Positions 19,170 through 29,045 of a stretch of 64,000 bases of DNA are shown here, in pieces (position 1 is the first letter of the stretch; each line of letters starts with the position of its first letter). The notes under the pieces were generated by a model. It searched no databases. It worked only from the letters and a program-made list of their open reading frames with translations, and was not told the DNA's origin. The stretch covers positions 816-64,815 of the forward strand of contig CAJXKJ010000013.1 in assembly GCA_913055605.1 (NCBI GenBank), read 5' to 3'. The position numbers were made by a program, and so were the translations under genes. The DNA comes from an uncultured Euryhalocaulis sp. (lineage in GTDB: Bacteria > Pseudomonadota > Alphaproteobacteria > Caulobacterales > Maricaulaceae).

Positions 19170-20126
19170 TCAGGAAGCGAGTTGCGCATCCCGCGCCGCG
19201 CGCAGGCGCTGGAAGTCCTCGCCCGCATGGTGGCTGGACCGGGTCAGCGGGCTGGCGGACACCATCAGGAAGCCCTTGGCGCGCGCGATCGTCTCCAGCG
19301 CCTTGAACTCGTCCGGCGTCCAGAACCTGTCGATCCGTGCGTGCTTCTTGGACGGCTGCAGATACTGGCCGATGGTCAGGAAATCGACGCCGGCGGACCG
19401 CATGTCGTCCATCACCTGCATGACCTCCTCCTTGGTTTCGCCGAGGCCAACCATCAGGCCGGACTTGGTGAACTGGGCGGGGTCGCGCTCCTTCACGCTC
19501 TCCAGCAGGCGCATCGAATGATAATAGCGCGCGCCCGGCCGGACGGAGAGATAGAGCCGCGGCACGGTCTCCAGATTGTGGTTGAAGACGTCGGCCTTCG
19601 CGTCGATCACGCGGTCCGCCGCTCCCGGCTTGCGCAGGAAGTCCGGCGTCAGGATCTCGATGGTCGTCTTCGGCGACGCGGCGCGGATGGCGCGGATCAC
19701 GTCGACGAAATGCTGGGCGCCGCCGTCCTCCAGATCGTCGCGGTCGACGCTGGTGATGACGACATGGGCCAGGCCCATCTTCGCCACGGCGCGGCCGATC
19801 TTCGCCGCCTCCTCCGCATCCACCGGCCCGGGCAGGCCCGTGCGCACATTGCAGAAGGCGCAGGCGCGCGTGCAGATCTCGCCCAGGATCATGAAGGTGG
19901 CGTGGTTCTTGGCCCAGCACTCGCCCAGATTGGGGCAGCCGGCCTCCTCGCACACCGTGACCAGGCCCTCGGCCTTCACAGCGGCACGGGTCTCGTCCAC
20001 GCCCTTGCCGACCGGCGCGCGCACGCGAATCCAGTCCGGCTTTTTCGGCGCGGGATTGTCCGGCCGCCGCTGCTTTTCCGGGTGGCGCGCGGCGCGTTCG
20101 TTCAGCGTGTCGATAATTGTCGCCAT
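19170..20126 (-). CDS. lipA: Lipoyl synthase
   Basis: [13 protein letters not shown] and [10 protein letters not shown] iron-sulfur motifs. Confidence 0.96.
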   Translation of the reverse strand: MATIIDTLNERAARHPEKQRRPDNPAPKKPDWIRVRAPVGKGVDETRAAVKAEGLVTVCEEAGCPNLGECWAKNHATFMILGEICTRACAFCNVRTGLPGPVDAEEAAKIGRAVAKMGLAHVVITSVDRDDLEDGGAQHFVDVIRAIRAASPKTTIEILTPDFLRKPGAADRVIDAKADVFNHNLETVPRLYLSVRPGARYYHSMRLLESVKERDPAQFTKSGLMVGLGETKEEVMQVMDDMRSAGVDFLTIGQYLQPSKKHARIDRFWTPDEFKALETIARAKGFLMVSASPLTRSSHHAGEDFQRLRAARDAQLAS

Positions 20127-20239
20127 CGGGCCCGAACATGGCGTGCAGGGACGGTCCGCGCAAGCGGTCCGGGGCGCCCGGAAACGCTCGCCACCTATGC
20201 GGGAAATGGTAAACAGGGCCGTGGCTTAAGGGGAGCGGA

Positions 20240-21811
20240 ATGAGCCAGGCGCAGACATTCGATCCGAGGCGCGCGGAAACCACGCTGATGGGCGCCCTGC
20301 TGCGCGCCCGGCGGCGGCGCGGCGGCAAGCATGTCGCGATCGTGGACTTCGACGGCCGCACCTTCACCTATGACGATCTGGTCAAGGCGGCCTTCGCCCT
20401 GGGCTCCGCGCTGGCGGCCAAGACCGAACACGGCGAGGCCGTGGGCGTGATGATGCCGACCGGCGCGCCGGGCTTCATCGCCGTGCTGGCGCTGGCCGCC
20501 TATGGCCGCACGCCCGCCATGCTGAATTTCAGCGCCGGGGCGCGCAATGTGCGCGCGGCCTGCGAGATCGCGAAGATAAAGCACGTCGTCACCGCCCGCG
20601 GCTTTGTCGAGAAGGCCGGGCTGCAGGACCTCGCCGCCGACATCGCCACCTATGCCGAGCCGGGCTGGCTGGAAGACGTGCGCGCCGGGCTGGGCGCGAA
20701 GGACAAGGCGATGGCCGTGCTGGGGTTGATCGCCCCTGCGCTCATCCCCGGCCCGCGCGGCCCCAGCGAGACGGCGGTGATCCTGTTCACCTCCGGCACG
20801 GAGGGCGACCCGAAGGGCGTGGCCCTGTCCCACCGCGCCATCGTCGCGAATGTCGAACAGGTGCGCGCCCATGTGCCGGAATTCACCGACGACGACTGTT
20901 TCTTCAACCCGCTGCCGATCTTCCATTCCTTCGGCCTGATTCCCGGCGGCTTCCTGCCTTTGCTCACGGGGATGAAAACCGCCCTGCACCCGAGCCCGCT
21001 GCAGCCCAAAGAGATCGCCCAGCGGGTGAAGGAGACGGGGGCGACGCTGCTGCTGGGCTCCGACACCTTCGTCTCCCAGTACGCGCGGGCGGGCGAGGAA
21101 GGCTCCCTCTCCTCCCTCCGCTTCGCGGTGTGCGGGGCCGAGCGGGTGCGCGACGAGACGCGGGCGCTGTTGCGCAAGAAATTCGGGGTGACGCTGCTGG
21201 AAGGCTATGGCGTGACGGAAACCGCGCCGGTGATCAGCGTGAACCCGCCCTCCGACAACCGGCCCGGAACGGTCGGGCCGCTGATGCCGGGGATCGAGGC
21301 CCGGATCGAGCCGGTCGAGGGGATCGCCGGCGCCGGCCGCCTGCTGGTGCGCGGGCCGAACACGATGAGCGGCTATCTGCTGCCCTCCGCGCCCGGCGTG
21401 ATCCAGCCACTGCCAGACGGCTGGCACGACACCGGCGACGTCGTGTCGATCGACGAGGACGGCTATCTGCGCATCCGGGGGCGGCTGAAACGCTTCGCCA
21501 AGCTGGGCGGAGAAATGGTGTCGCTGGCGATCTGCGAGAATTGCGCCGCGTCGCTGTGGCCGGACCACCGCCACGCCGCCGCCGCCATCCCCGACGGCCG
21601 CAAGGGCGAGCAGATCGTGCTGCTGACCGAATGCCCGGACGCCAATCGCGGCGACCTTCTGGCCTTCGTGCAGAACCACGGCGCACCGGAACTGGCCGCG
21701 CCGAAACGGGTGGTGCTGGTGGAGTCGGTGCCGCTGCTGGGCACGGGCAAGACGGATTTCGCGGGGGTGCAGCGCCTGGCGATCGAGACCTGCGCCGCCG
21801 AGACGGGCTGA
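20240..21811 (+). CDS. AMP-binding enzyme (acyl-CoA/acyl-ACP synthetase family, Aas C-terminal-like)
   Basis: LFTSGTEGDPKGV AMP motif, YGVTET, TGD..DEDGYL. GGGGAG SD upstream of ATG 20240. Confidence 0.82.
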   Translation: MSQAQTFDPRRAETTLMGALLRARRRRGGKHVAIVDFDGRTFTYDDLVKAAFALGSALAAKTEHGEAVGVMMPTGAPGFIAVLALAAYGRTPAMLNFSAGARNVRAACEIAKIKHVVTARGFVEKAGLQDLAADIATYAEPGWLEDVRAGLGAKDKAMAVLGLIAPALIPGPRGPSETAVILFTSGTEGDPKGVALSHRAIVANVEQVRAHVPEFTDDDCFFNPLPIFHSFGLIPGGFLPLLTGMKTALHPSPLQPKEIAQRVKETGATLLLGSDTFVSQYARAGEEGSLSSLRFAVCGAERVRDETRALLRKKFGVTLLEGYGVTETAPVISVNPPSDNRPGTVGPLMPGIEARIEPVEGIAGAGRLLVRGPNTMSGYLLPSAPGVIQPLPDGWHDTGDVVSIDEDGYLRIRGRLKRFAKLGGEMVSLAICENCAASLWPDHRHAAAAIPDGRKGEQIVLLTECPDANRGDLLAFVQNHGAPELAAPKRVVLVESVPLLGTGKTDFAGVQRLAIETCAAETG

Positions 21812-21815
21812 GCGC

Positions 21816-22235
21816 CTATTCCGCCGGAACCGCCATCGCGGATTGAACAGACGCGGAAGCGGCGCGGCGCGCCCGGCGCTTGTCCATCATCCGCCGCCAG
21901 CCGGTCAGCAGCACCGCGCCGCTGAGCGCGCGCAGCGCGGCCAGGCCGGCGCTGAACAGCGCATAGAGAACCACCCCGGCCCACACGACGGCGATGGCGG
22001 ACAGCGGACCGTCGACCGGCGTGTCCGGAGACACGCCCGGCACCACGCCGCCCTGGACCAGGATCCGCGGTGCCTCGGGCATCAGAAGGAACATCACGGT
22101 CAAGGTCGCGCCGATCATCGCGAAGCCGACCAGCGCGGGCGCGAGCTGAATCCAGAAGCCGATCTTGAACAGATCGCCGAAACTCGCGTCACGCACCATC
22201 ATGGCCGGCAGCCCCTTGCTCGCGCTCGCCTCCAT
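21816..22235 (-). CDS. Small hypothetical membrane protein
   Basis: Two to three hydrophobic helices, basic C-terminal tail. No family recognised. ATG start preceded by an AT-rich island. Confidence 0.5.
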   Translation of the reverse strand: MEASASKGLPAMMVRDASFGDLFKIGFWIQLAPALVGFAMIGATLTVMFLLMPEAPRILVQGGVVPGVSPDTPVDGPLSAIAVVWAGVVLYALFSAGLAALRALSGAVLLTGWRRMMDKRRARRAASASVQSAMAVPAE

Positions 22236-22418
22236 CGATGCACGAACCGGACCAGCCGCCTAGATGCGCGCTGACAAAAATTTAGAGGATATTAACCAAG
22301 ATTACCGAGCCGCGTTTAGCGCGGGATCGGCGTCAGATAAGGGAATCCGGCCCGAGACGCGAACGAGGGCCGCGCCGGAACGCCACGTTGTCGCATCCCT
22401 GCCCGGCCTCAGCCGGCG

Positions 22419-23831
22419 TCAGATGTGGATCACCCGGTCATAGGCGTCGAGCACGCTTTCGTGCATCGCCTCGGAGACGGTCGGGTGCGGGAAGATGGTC
22501 TCCATCAGCTCCGCCTCCGTGGTCTCCAGCGTCTTGCCGACGACGAAGCCCTGGATCATCTCGGTCACTTCCGGTCCGATCATGTGCGCGCCCAGCAGCT
22601 CCCCGGTCTTCTTGTCGAAGACGGTTTTCACCATCCCCTCCGGCTCGCCCAAGGCGATGGCCTTGCCGTTGCCGATGAAGGGGAAACGGCCGACGCGGAC
22701 TTCGTATCCCGCTTCCTTCGCCTTCGCCTCGGTCAGGCCGACGCTGGCGACCTGCGGATAGCAATAGGTGCAGCCGGGGATGTTCTCGGTCTTCATCGGG
22801 TGCGGCTTCTGGCCGGCGATCTTCTCGACACAGATCACGCCTTCATGGCTCGCCTTGTGCGCCAGCCAGGGCGGGCCGCAGACATCGCCGATGGCGTACA
22901 GGCCGGGCACGCCGGTCTCGCCGTATTCGTTGGTCTGGACGTGCGTGCGGTCGATCTTCACGCCCAGCGCCTCCAGGCCCAGATTCTCGACATTGCCGAC
23001 AATGCCGATGGCGACGATCAGCTTCTCGGTTTCGATCACCTCGGACTTGCCGTCCTTGGTCTTCACCGTGGACTTCACGCCGGCGCCGGTCTTCTCGACC
23101 TTCTCCACCTGCGCGCCGGTCAGGATTTTCATGCCCTGCTTCTCGAACCGCTTCTGCGCCATCTTGGAGATCTCGGCGTCCTCCACGGGCAGGACGCGGT
23201 CCATCATCTCCACCACCGTCACCTCGGCGCCCAGCGTGCGGTAGAAGCTGGCGAACTCGATCCCGATGGCGCCCGAGCCGATGACCAGCAGGGATTTCGG
23301 CATGGAGTCCGGGACCAGCGCCTCGCGATAGGTCCAGATCGCCTTGCCGTCCGGCTCCAGCCCCGCCTGCGGGACCGTGCGGGCGCGGGCGCCGGTGGCC
23401 AGGATGACGTGCTTGGCCTGAAGGCTCTTCTCGCCGTCCTTGGTCTTCACCACGACCTTGGGCGCGGGCGAGCCCTTTTCCAGACGCGCCTCGCCCATCA
23501 CGACCTCGATCTTGTTCTTCTTCATCAGGCCGGTGACGCCCTTGGACAGCTGGCTGGCCACCCCGCGCGAGCGTTTCACCACCGCGCCCATGTCGAAGCC
23601 GCTGGCGTCGATCTTCAGGCCGAACTGGTCGGCCTCCTTGGCCAGATGGAAGATTTCGGAGGTGCGCAGCAGCGCCTTGGTCGGGATGCAGCCCCAGTTC
23701 AGGCAGATGCCGCCCAGATTTTCCCGCTCCACGATCGCGGTCTTCATGCCCAGCTGGGCCGCGCGGATCGCCGCGACATAGCCCCCGGGGCCGGAGCCGA
23801 TGACGATGAGGTCGAAATCTGTTGCAGCCAT
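22419..23831 (-). CDS. lpdA: Dihydrolipoyl dehydrogenase (E3)
   Basis: GSGPGGYVAAIRAAQLG FAD motif and GGICLNWGCIPTK redox disulfide. Confidence 0.96.
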   Translation of the reverse strand: MAATDFDLIVIGSGPGGYVAAIRAAQLGMKTAIVERENLGGICLNWGCIPTKALLRTSEIFHLAKEADQFGLKIDASGFDMGAVVKRSRGVASQLSKGVTGLMKKNKIEVVMGEARLEKGSPAPKVVVKTKDGEKSLQAKHVILATGARARTVPQAGLEPDGKAIWTYREALVPDSMPKSLLVIGSGAIGIEFASFYRTLGAEVTVVEMMDRVLPVEDAEISKMAQKRFEKQGMKILTGAQVEKVEKTGAGVKSTVKTKDGKSEVIETEKLIVAIGIVGNVENLGLEALGVKIDRTHVQTNEYGETGVPGLYAIGDVCGPPWLAHKASHEGVICVEKIAGQKPHPMKTENIPGCTYCYPQVASVGLTEAKAKEAGYEVRVGRFPFIGNGKAIALGEPEGMVKTVFDKKTGELLGAHMIGPEVTEMIQGFVVGKTLETTEAELMETIFPHPTVSEAMHESVLDAYDRVIHI

Positions 23832-23874
23832 GATCCCGTCTTCCTATTCAGCCGCGACTACCGGCTTGGTTGAT

Positions 23875-24474
23875 ATGGGGGCGCGCAAGCCCGTGTTCAC
23901 GCTTCGCAAGGCGCGGAAGGACGACGCCGCCGCACTCGCCCGCCTGATCGATATCGCCGCCGAGGGCATGGCCTCGTATTTCTGGCGCCTGTCCGCGCCG
24001 GACGCCGACCCGCTGGTCACCGGCGCGGCGCGCGCGGCGCGGGAGGAAGGCGGCTTTTCCTACCGCAACGCGCTGGTTGCCGAGCATGACGGCGCGGTGG
24101 TCGGCCTGCTGGTCGACTACCGGCTGGACGATCCCTATCCGGAGACCGATCCCGCCGACCTGCCGCCGGTCTTCCGCCCGCTGGTGGCGCTGGAGGCGCA
24201 GGCCCCGGGCAGCTGGTACGTCAATGTCGTGGCCGTCGACGAGGGCTTCCGCGGCCAGGGCCTGGGCGCCCGCCTGCTGGCCGAGGCCGACCGCCGCGCC
24301 GAAGAGGCCGGCGCCGCGCAGGCCAGCATCATCGTCGCTGCGCAGAACCCCGCCCGCCGGCTCTACGCCCGCTGCGGCTACGAAGAGGCCGCGGCCGCGC
24401 CGATCACGCCCTATCCCGGCGCCCTGCACACGGGCGACTGGCTGCTGATGGTCAAACCGGTCGGCCAAGACTGA
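23875..24474 (+). CDS. GNAT family N-acetyltransferase
   Basis: VAVDEGFRGQGLGARLL acetyl-CoA binding motif. ATG 23875 chosen because the longer track ORF overlaps the lpdA start. Confidence 0.8.
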   Translation: MGARKPVFTLRKARKDDAAALARLIDIAAEGMASYFWRLSAPDADPLVTGAARAAREEGGFSYRNALVAEHDGAVVGLLVDYRLDDPYPETDPADLPPVFRPLVALEAQAPGSWYVNVVAVDEGFRGQGLGARLLAEADRRAEEAGAAQASIIVAAQNPARRLYARCGYEEAAAAPITPYPGALHTGDWLLMVKPVGQD

Positions 24475-24485
24475 AGCCCGCGCCG

Positions 24486-25835
24486 TCAGATCAGCATCGT
24501 CAGCGGCGCTTCGACATAGTCCTTGAAGATCGACAGCCATTTCGCGCCGGTCGCGCCGTCCACCACGCGGTGGTCGCAGGTCAGCGTGACGGTCATCACG
24601 TTCGCCACGACCAGTTCGCCATTGCGCGCGACGGGACGTTCCTCGCCGGCGCCGACCGACAGGATCATGCCCTGCGGCGGGTTGATGATGGAGGCGAAGG
24701 TCTTCACCCCGAACATGCCGAGATTGGACAGGCTGAACGTGCCGCCCTGGAACTCGTCCGGCTTCAGCTTGCGCTCGCGCGCCCGCGAGGCCAGGTCCTT
24801 CATCTCGGTCGAGATCTGGGCCAGGCCCTTGGACTCGGCTTCCTTGACGATCGGCGTGATCAGCCCGCCCTCGATGGCCACGGCCACCGAGACGTCGGCG
24901 TGCTTGTGCATGGCGATCTGACCCTCGTCGGTCCAGCTCGCATTGGCTTCCGGCACGCGCGTCAGCGCCAGGGCCGACGCCTTGATCAGCATGTCGTTGA
25001 CGGAGACCTTCACGCCCTCCGGCGCGCGCGCATTGATCTGCTTGCGCAGGTCCAGCAGCGCGTCGATCTCCATGTCCACGGTCAGCGGGAAGTGCGGGAT
25101 GTCTCGGAACGACTCCGTCAGCCGCTTGGCCGAGATCTTCTGGATATTGTCCGCGGGCTTCAGCGTGTAGCGGTCGGCCGGGATGCCGAACCTGGCCAGC
25201 GGGCCATCGCCCACCGGGGCCGTCCCGGGCGCCTTGGCGCCGGCCGCCGGGGCCGCGCCCTTGGCCGCGCCGGCCAAATCCGCCTTCACGATCCGGCCGC
25301 CGGGGCCGGAACCTTTCAGCGCCGACAGGTCGATGCCTTCCATCTGGGCGATGCGCCGAGCCAGCGGGCTCGCCTTGATGCGGCTGCCGTTGGATTCGGT
25401 TTGCTGGGCCTTGCGCTCCGATGCGCTGGCGGGCGGCGCGGCGGCGGCCTTGGGCGCGGGCGCCGGGGCGGCGCCGCCGTTCGCGGCGGGCGCTTCGGCC
25501 TTAGGCTCGGGCTTGGCTTCGGGCGCCGGCGCCGCTTCGGCCTTGGCCGGGGCTGCGCCCGGTTCGAAATTGTCCAGCGCGCTCTTGTCCTCGCCCTCTT
25601 CCAGCAGCAGGGCGATGGGCGTGTTCACGGCGACGCCTTCGGTACCCTCGCCGATCAGGATCTTGCCGAGCACGCCTTCCTCGACCGCCTCGACCTCCAT
25701 CGTGGCCTTGTCTGTCTCGATCTCGGCGATGACATCGCCGGCGCTGATCTCGTCGCCTTCCTTCTTGAGCCATTTGGCGAGGCTGCCCTCCTCCATCGTG
25801 GGAGACAGGGCGGGCATGGTGATCTGGATCGGCAT
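24486..25835 (-). CDS. pdhC: Pyruvate dehydrogenase E2, dihydrolipoamide acetyltransferase
   Basis: Lipoyl domain ([11 protein letters not shown]), Ala/Pro linker, E1/E3-binding domain, catalytic DHRVVDG. Confidence 0.95.
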   Translation of the reverse strand: MPIQITMPALSPTMEEGSLAKWLKKEGDEISAGDVIAEIETDKATMEVEAVEEGVLGKILIGEGTEGVAVNTPIALLLEEGEDKSALDNFEPGAAPAKAEAAPAPEAKPEPKAEAPAANGGAAPAPAPKAAAAPPASASERKAQQTESNGSRIKASPLARRIAQMEGIDLSALKGSGPGGRIVKADLAGAAKGAAPAAGAKAPGTAPVGDGPLARFGIPADRYTLKPADNIQKISAKRLTESFRDIPHFPLTVDMEIDALLDLRKQINARAPEGVKVSVNDMLIKASALALTRVPEANASWTDEGQIAMHKHADVSVAVAIEGGLITPIVKEAESKGLAQISTEMKDLASRARERKLKPDEFQGGTFSLSNLGMFGVKTFASIINPPQGMILSVGAGEERPVARNGELVVANVMTVTLTCDHRVVDGATGAKWLSIFKDYVEAPLTMLI

Positions 25836-25847
25836 CTCGCTCTTCGC

Positions 25848-26090
25848 CTATTTTAGCGCCCACACGCCACGCGGCAGCTCGTCTACGTCTCGAAGAATAT
25901 TCTTCTTACGCAGCTCAAGCGCAGCCCAGCGCATATCGTATTGCCACCGGTAAAACAGGTCCCCAGAGGCCTTGAGTTCACTTTCGTGGTCCCGCCAAAT
26001 TTGCTTGGCCACGTCTACGATTTTTGCCTTGCCACCGAGCGCGACAAGGGCGTCACGAACCCAAGGAATGAGGGTTTCGCGACCTGCCAT
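25848..26090 (-). CDS. Small (80 aa) winged-helix-like protein of unknown function (Mrr_N-like pattern)
   Basis: MAGRETLIPWVRDALVALGGKAKIVDVAKQIW...YRWQYDMRWAALELRKKNILRDVDELPRGVWALK. ATG lies 4 nt after the pdhB stop, and the stop lies 12 nt before the pdhC start. Low GC3 codon usage. Fold assignment by pattern memory. Confidence 0.6.
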   Translation of the reverse strand: MAGRETLIPWVRDALVALGGKAKIVDVAKQIWRDHESELKASGDLFYRWQYDMRWAALELRKKNILRDVDELPRGVWALK

Positions 26091-26094
26091 CAAA

Positions 26095-27513
26095 TTAGTC
26101 CAGGTAGCAGACGGCTTTGGCGGCGCGGACGATGTCGGCCGTTCCGGGCAGCGACAGCGCCTCCAGATTCGCCGCATAGGGCAGCGGCACGTCGGCCTGG
26201 TGCACCCGCGCCGGCGGGGCGTCCAGATAGTCGAAGGCCTCCGCCACCACGCGCGCGGCGATCTCGGCGCCGACGCCCATCGGGCCCCAGCCTTCCTCGC
26301 AGCAGACCAGGCGGTTGGTCTTCTTCACCGACTCCACGACCGTGTCGCTGTCCAGCGGGCGGATGGAGCGCAGGTCGATGACCTCCGCCTCGACGCCCAG
26401 GCCCGACAGCCCCTCGGCCGCTTCCATCGCGAACTTCACCATGCGGGAGTGCGCGACCAGGGTGACGCCGTCGCCCTCGCGCCGGATGCGCGCCTTGCCG
26501 ATCGGCAGGACCCAGTCCTCCCAGTCCGGCACCTCGCCCTCGTCGCCATAGAGCAGCTCGTGCTCCAGGAAGATCACCGGGTTCGGGTTGCGGATCGCGG
26601 CCTTCAGCAGGCCCTTGGCGTCCGCCGCGTCATAGGGGGCCAGAACGGTCAGGCCCGGGATGTTGCCGTACCAGGCCGAATAGTCCTGGCTGTGCTGGGC
26701 GGCCACGCGCGCCGCCGCGCCGTTCGGCCCGCGGAACACGATGGGACAGCCCATCTGGCCGCCGGACATATAGCGCGTCTTGGCCGCCGAATTGATGATC
26801 TGGTCCATCGCCTGCATCGCGAAGTTCCAGGTCATGAACTCCACGATGGGGCGAAGGCCGGCCATCGCCGCGCCGACGGCGAGTCCCGCAAAGCCATGCT
26901 CGGTGATCGGGGTGTCGACCACGCGCTTGGCGCCGAATTCCTCCAGCAGGTCGCGGCTGACCTTGTAGGCGCCCTGATACTCGGCGACTTCCTCGCCCAT
27001 CAGATAGACCTTCTCGTCGCGCCGCATCTCTTCGGCCATCGCGTCGCGCAGGGCGTCGCGCAGCACGACCTTGTTCCAGGCCGTGCCTTCCGGAGGTGTC
27101 GGATCGCTCTCCGCGGCGATCCGCTTCATCGGCGTGCCCAGCGGGTCGCTGTCCGGCGCGACGCCGGGCGATTCCTGGCTCGGAGCGGGTTCCTCTTCGG
27201 CCGGGGCCTCGGCCTTGGCTTCCTGCGGCGCGGGCGCGGAGGCCGCGCCGTTCAGCGCCGACTCGTCCTCGCCCTCGTCCAGCAGCAGGGCGATGGGCGT
27301 GTTGACCGCCACGCCCTCGGTGCCCTCGCCGACCAGGATCTTGCCCAGACGGCCTTCATCGACCGCCTCGACCTCCATGGTCGCCTTGTCGGTCTCGATT
27401 TCGGCGATGACGTCGCCGGCGGAGACGGTGTCGCCTTCCTTCACCAGCCATTTGGCCAGCGTGCCCTCTTCCATCGTGGGGCTGAGCGCCGGCATTGTGA
27501 TTTGCGTCGGCAT
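26095..27513 (-). CDS. pdhB: Pyruvate dehydrogenase E1 beta subunit with N-terminal lipoyl domain
   Basis: N-terminal lipoyl domain ([11 protein letters not shown]) plus transketolase-like beta subunit ([11 protein letters not shown]). A lipoyl-bearing PdhB is known in alphaproteobacteria such as Zymomonas. Confidence 0.94.
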   Translation of the reverse strand: MPTQITMPALSPTMEEGTLAKWLVKEGDTVSAGDVIAEIETDKATMEVEAVDEGRLGKILVGEGTEGVAVNTPIALLLDEGEDESALNGAASAPAPQEAKAEAPAEEEPAPSQESPGVAPDSDPLGTPMKRIAAESDPTPPEGTAWNKVVLRDALRDAMAEEMRRDEKVYLMGEEVAEYQGAYKVSRDLLEEFGAKRVVDTPITEHGFAGLAVGAAMAGLRPIVEFMTWNFAMQAMDQIINSAAKTRYMSGGQMGCPIVFRGPNGAAARVAAQHSQDYSAWYGNIPGLTVLAPYDAADAKGLLKAAIRNPNPVIFLEHELLYGDEGEVPDWEDWVLPIGKARIRREGDGVTLVAHSRMVKFAMEAAEGLSGLGVEAEVIDLRSIRPLDSDTVVESVKKTNRLVCCEEGWGPMGVGAEIAARVVAEAFDYLDAPPARVHQADVPLPYAANLEALSLPGTADIVRAAKAVCYLD

Positions 27514-27516
27514 CGA

Positions 27517-28566
27517 TCAGGCCTCCACCCGGACGTCGGTCCAGAGTTCGGACGGATCCGGCTCCGGACTCGTTTGTGCGAATTCGGCGGCTTCGTTGAC
27601 GCGCGCCTTGATGTCCTTGTCGATGGCCTTTAGGTCCTCGTCGTCGGCGAATTTCTTCTTCACCAGGAAGGCGCGCATCTGCTCGATCGGGTCGTGCTTG
27701 GAGCGCATGTCCTGGACCTCTTCCTTGGTCCGGTATTTCGCCGGGTCGGACATGGAGTGGCCGCGATAGCGATAGGTCTGGGCCTCCAGAATGAACGGCC
27801 CCTCGCCGCTGCGCGCATGCTCCACGGCCTTCGCCGCGCCCTCGCGCACGGCCAGCACGTCCATGCCGTCCACCTGCAGGCCCGGAATGCCGAAGGCGTC
27901 GCCGCGCGCGTACAGCGCGCTGGAATTGGCCGCGGCGCGCTGGACCGAGGTGCCCATGCCGTAGCGGTTGTTCTCGATCACGAAGACGACCGGCAGCTTC
28001 CACAGCGCCGCCATGTTGAACGCCTCGTAGACCTGGCCCTGGTTCGCCGCGCCCTCGCCGAAATAGGTCGCGCAGACATTGCCGTTCTCCTGGTATTTGC
28101 AGGAGAAGCCGAGGCCGGCGCCGATCGGCACCTGGGCGCCCACGATGCCGTGGCCGCCGAAGAAATTCTTTTCCGTCGAGAACATGTGCATCGAGCCGCC
28201 CTTGCCGCGGCTGTATCCGTCGATGCGTCCGGTGAGTTCGGCCATCACCCCCTTGGGGTCCATGCCGCAGGCCAGCATGTGGCCGTGGCAGCGATAGCCG
28301 GTGACGACCTTGTCGTCGTCTTCCATGACCGACTGGATGCCGGTCACCACCGCTTCCTGTCCGATATAGAGGTGGCAGAAGCCGCCGATCAGGCCCATGC
28401 CGTAGAGCTGTCCCGCTTTTTCCTCAAAGCGGCGGATCAGCAGCATCGCCCTGTAAAGCTCGAGCGACTCGTCCTTGTCCGGCCCGCTGGCCTTGGCCGG
28501 AGTTTTCTTTGCTGCCGCTGGTTTGGAGCCCCGCGCCGAGCGCTTGGCCGTTCGTTGATCCGCCAT
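27517..28566 (-). CDS. pdhA: Pyruvate dehydrogenase E1 alpha subunit
   Basis: GFCHLYIGQEA, YRCHGH and GDGAANQG-like TPP motif (GEGAANQG). Confidence 0.95.
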   Translation of the reverse strand: MADQRTAKRSARGSKPAAAKKTPAKASGPDKDESLELYRAMLLIRRFEEKAGQLYGMGLIGGFCHLYIGQEAVVTGIQSVMEDDDKVVTGYRCHGHMLACGMDPKGVMAELTGRIDGYSRGKGGSMHMFSTEKNFFGGHGIVGAQVPIGAGLGFSCKYQENGNVCATYFGEGAANQGQVYEAFNMAALWKLPVVFVIENNRYGMGTSVQRAAANSSALYARGDAFGIPGLQVDGMDVLAVREGAAKAVEHARSGEGPFILEAQTYRYRGHSMSDPAKYRTKEEVQDMRSKHDPIEQMRAFLVKKKFADDEDLKAIDKDIKARVNEAAEFAQTSPEPDPSELWTDVRVEA

Positions 28567-28667
28567 TCCTCTCCCTCGACGCGCGCCCTTTTAACGAGGG
28601 CGGGAAAGGCGGTTTATCAAGGGTTCCGTGCCGGCGTCCAGCGTAGGACGCCGCTGAGGCGCCGATT

Positions 28668-28979
28668 TTAGTTTGGATGCGAATATTTGGAGTCGGTCCG
28701 GATCACGTATTCGTCCGGCGCGGAAACATTGAGCAATTCGCGCGCCCGCTCGTCGACCAGATCCAGATCCAGGCTGGCGTCGCGCAGCCGGCTGGCGCGG
28801 TTTTCGAGCTGCTCCCGCTCGGCCTGGATGATGGCGAGCTCGGCCTCAAGCTCCGCGATTCGGGTCTTGTAGCCGGCCCAGGCCAGCGCGCCCTGTTCCC
28901 CGGTCAGGCCGTGATAGCCGAAATAGACCACCAGCCCCGCCAGAAGGATCGTCGGTATCGCTCTTTTGATCGCGCCCAC
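28668..28979 (-). CDS. ftsB: Septum formation initiator FtsB/DivIC family protein
   Basis: N-terminal TM helix followed by coiled coil (IAELEAELAIIQAEREQLENR) and the usual ERAREL.. tail. GTG start. Confidence 0.85.
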   Translation of the reverse strand: MGAIKRAIPTILLAGLVVYFGYHGLTGEQGALAWAGYKTRIAELEAELAIIQAEREQLENRASRLRDASLDLDLVDERARELLNVSAPDEYVIRTDSKYSHPN

Positions 28980-29045
28980 GCCGTCTCACCATTTCCCGGC
29001 CGGCGTTTTCGACTCGCCGGTTCATGGCCACTCTGCGCCCGCACG

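Noticed and set aside
22292-22299. TTAACCAA, resembling a CtrA half-site (TTAACCAT), in the AT-rich island upstream of the small membrane protein gene
   Set aside because: Only a half-site with one mismatch. The position 7 nt downstream reads TACC, not TTAA, so there is no full TTAA-N7-TTAA box. Not supportable without comparative data.
22424-22432. DnaA-box-like TGTGGATCA (complement TGATCCACA)
   Set aside because: It is a single copy lying inside the last codons of lpdA (..VIHI*). There is no cluster of boxes, no AT-rich unwinding element and no replication genes nearby. Most likely chance.
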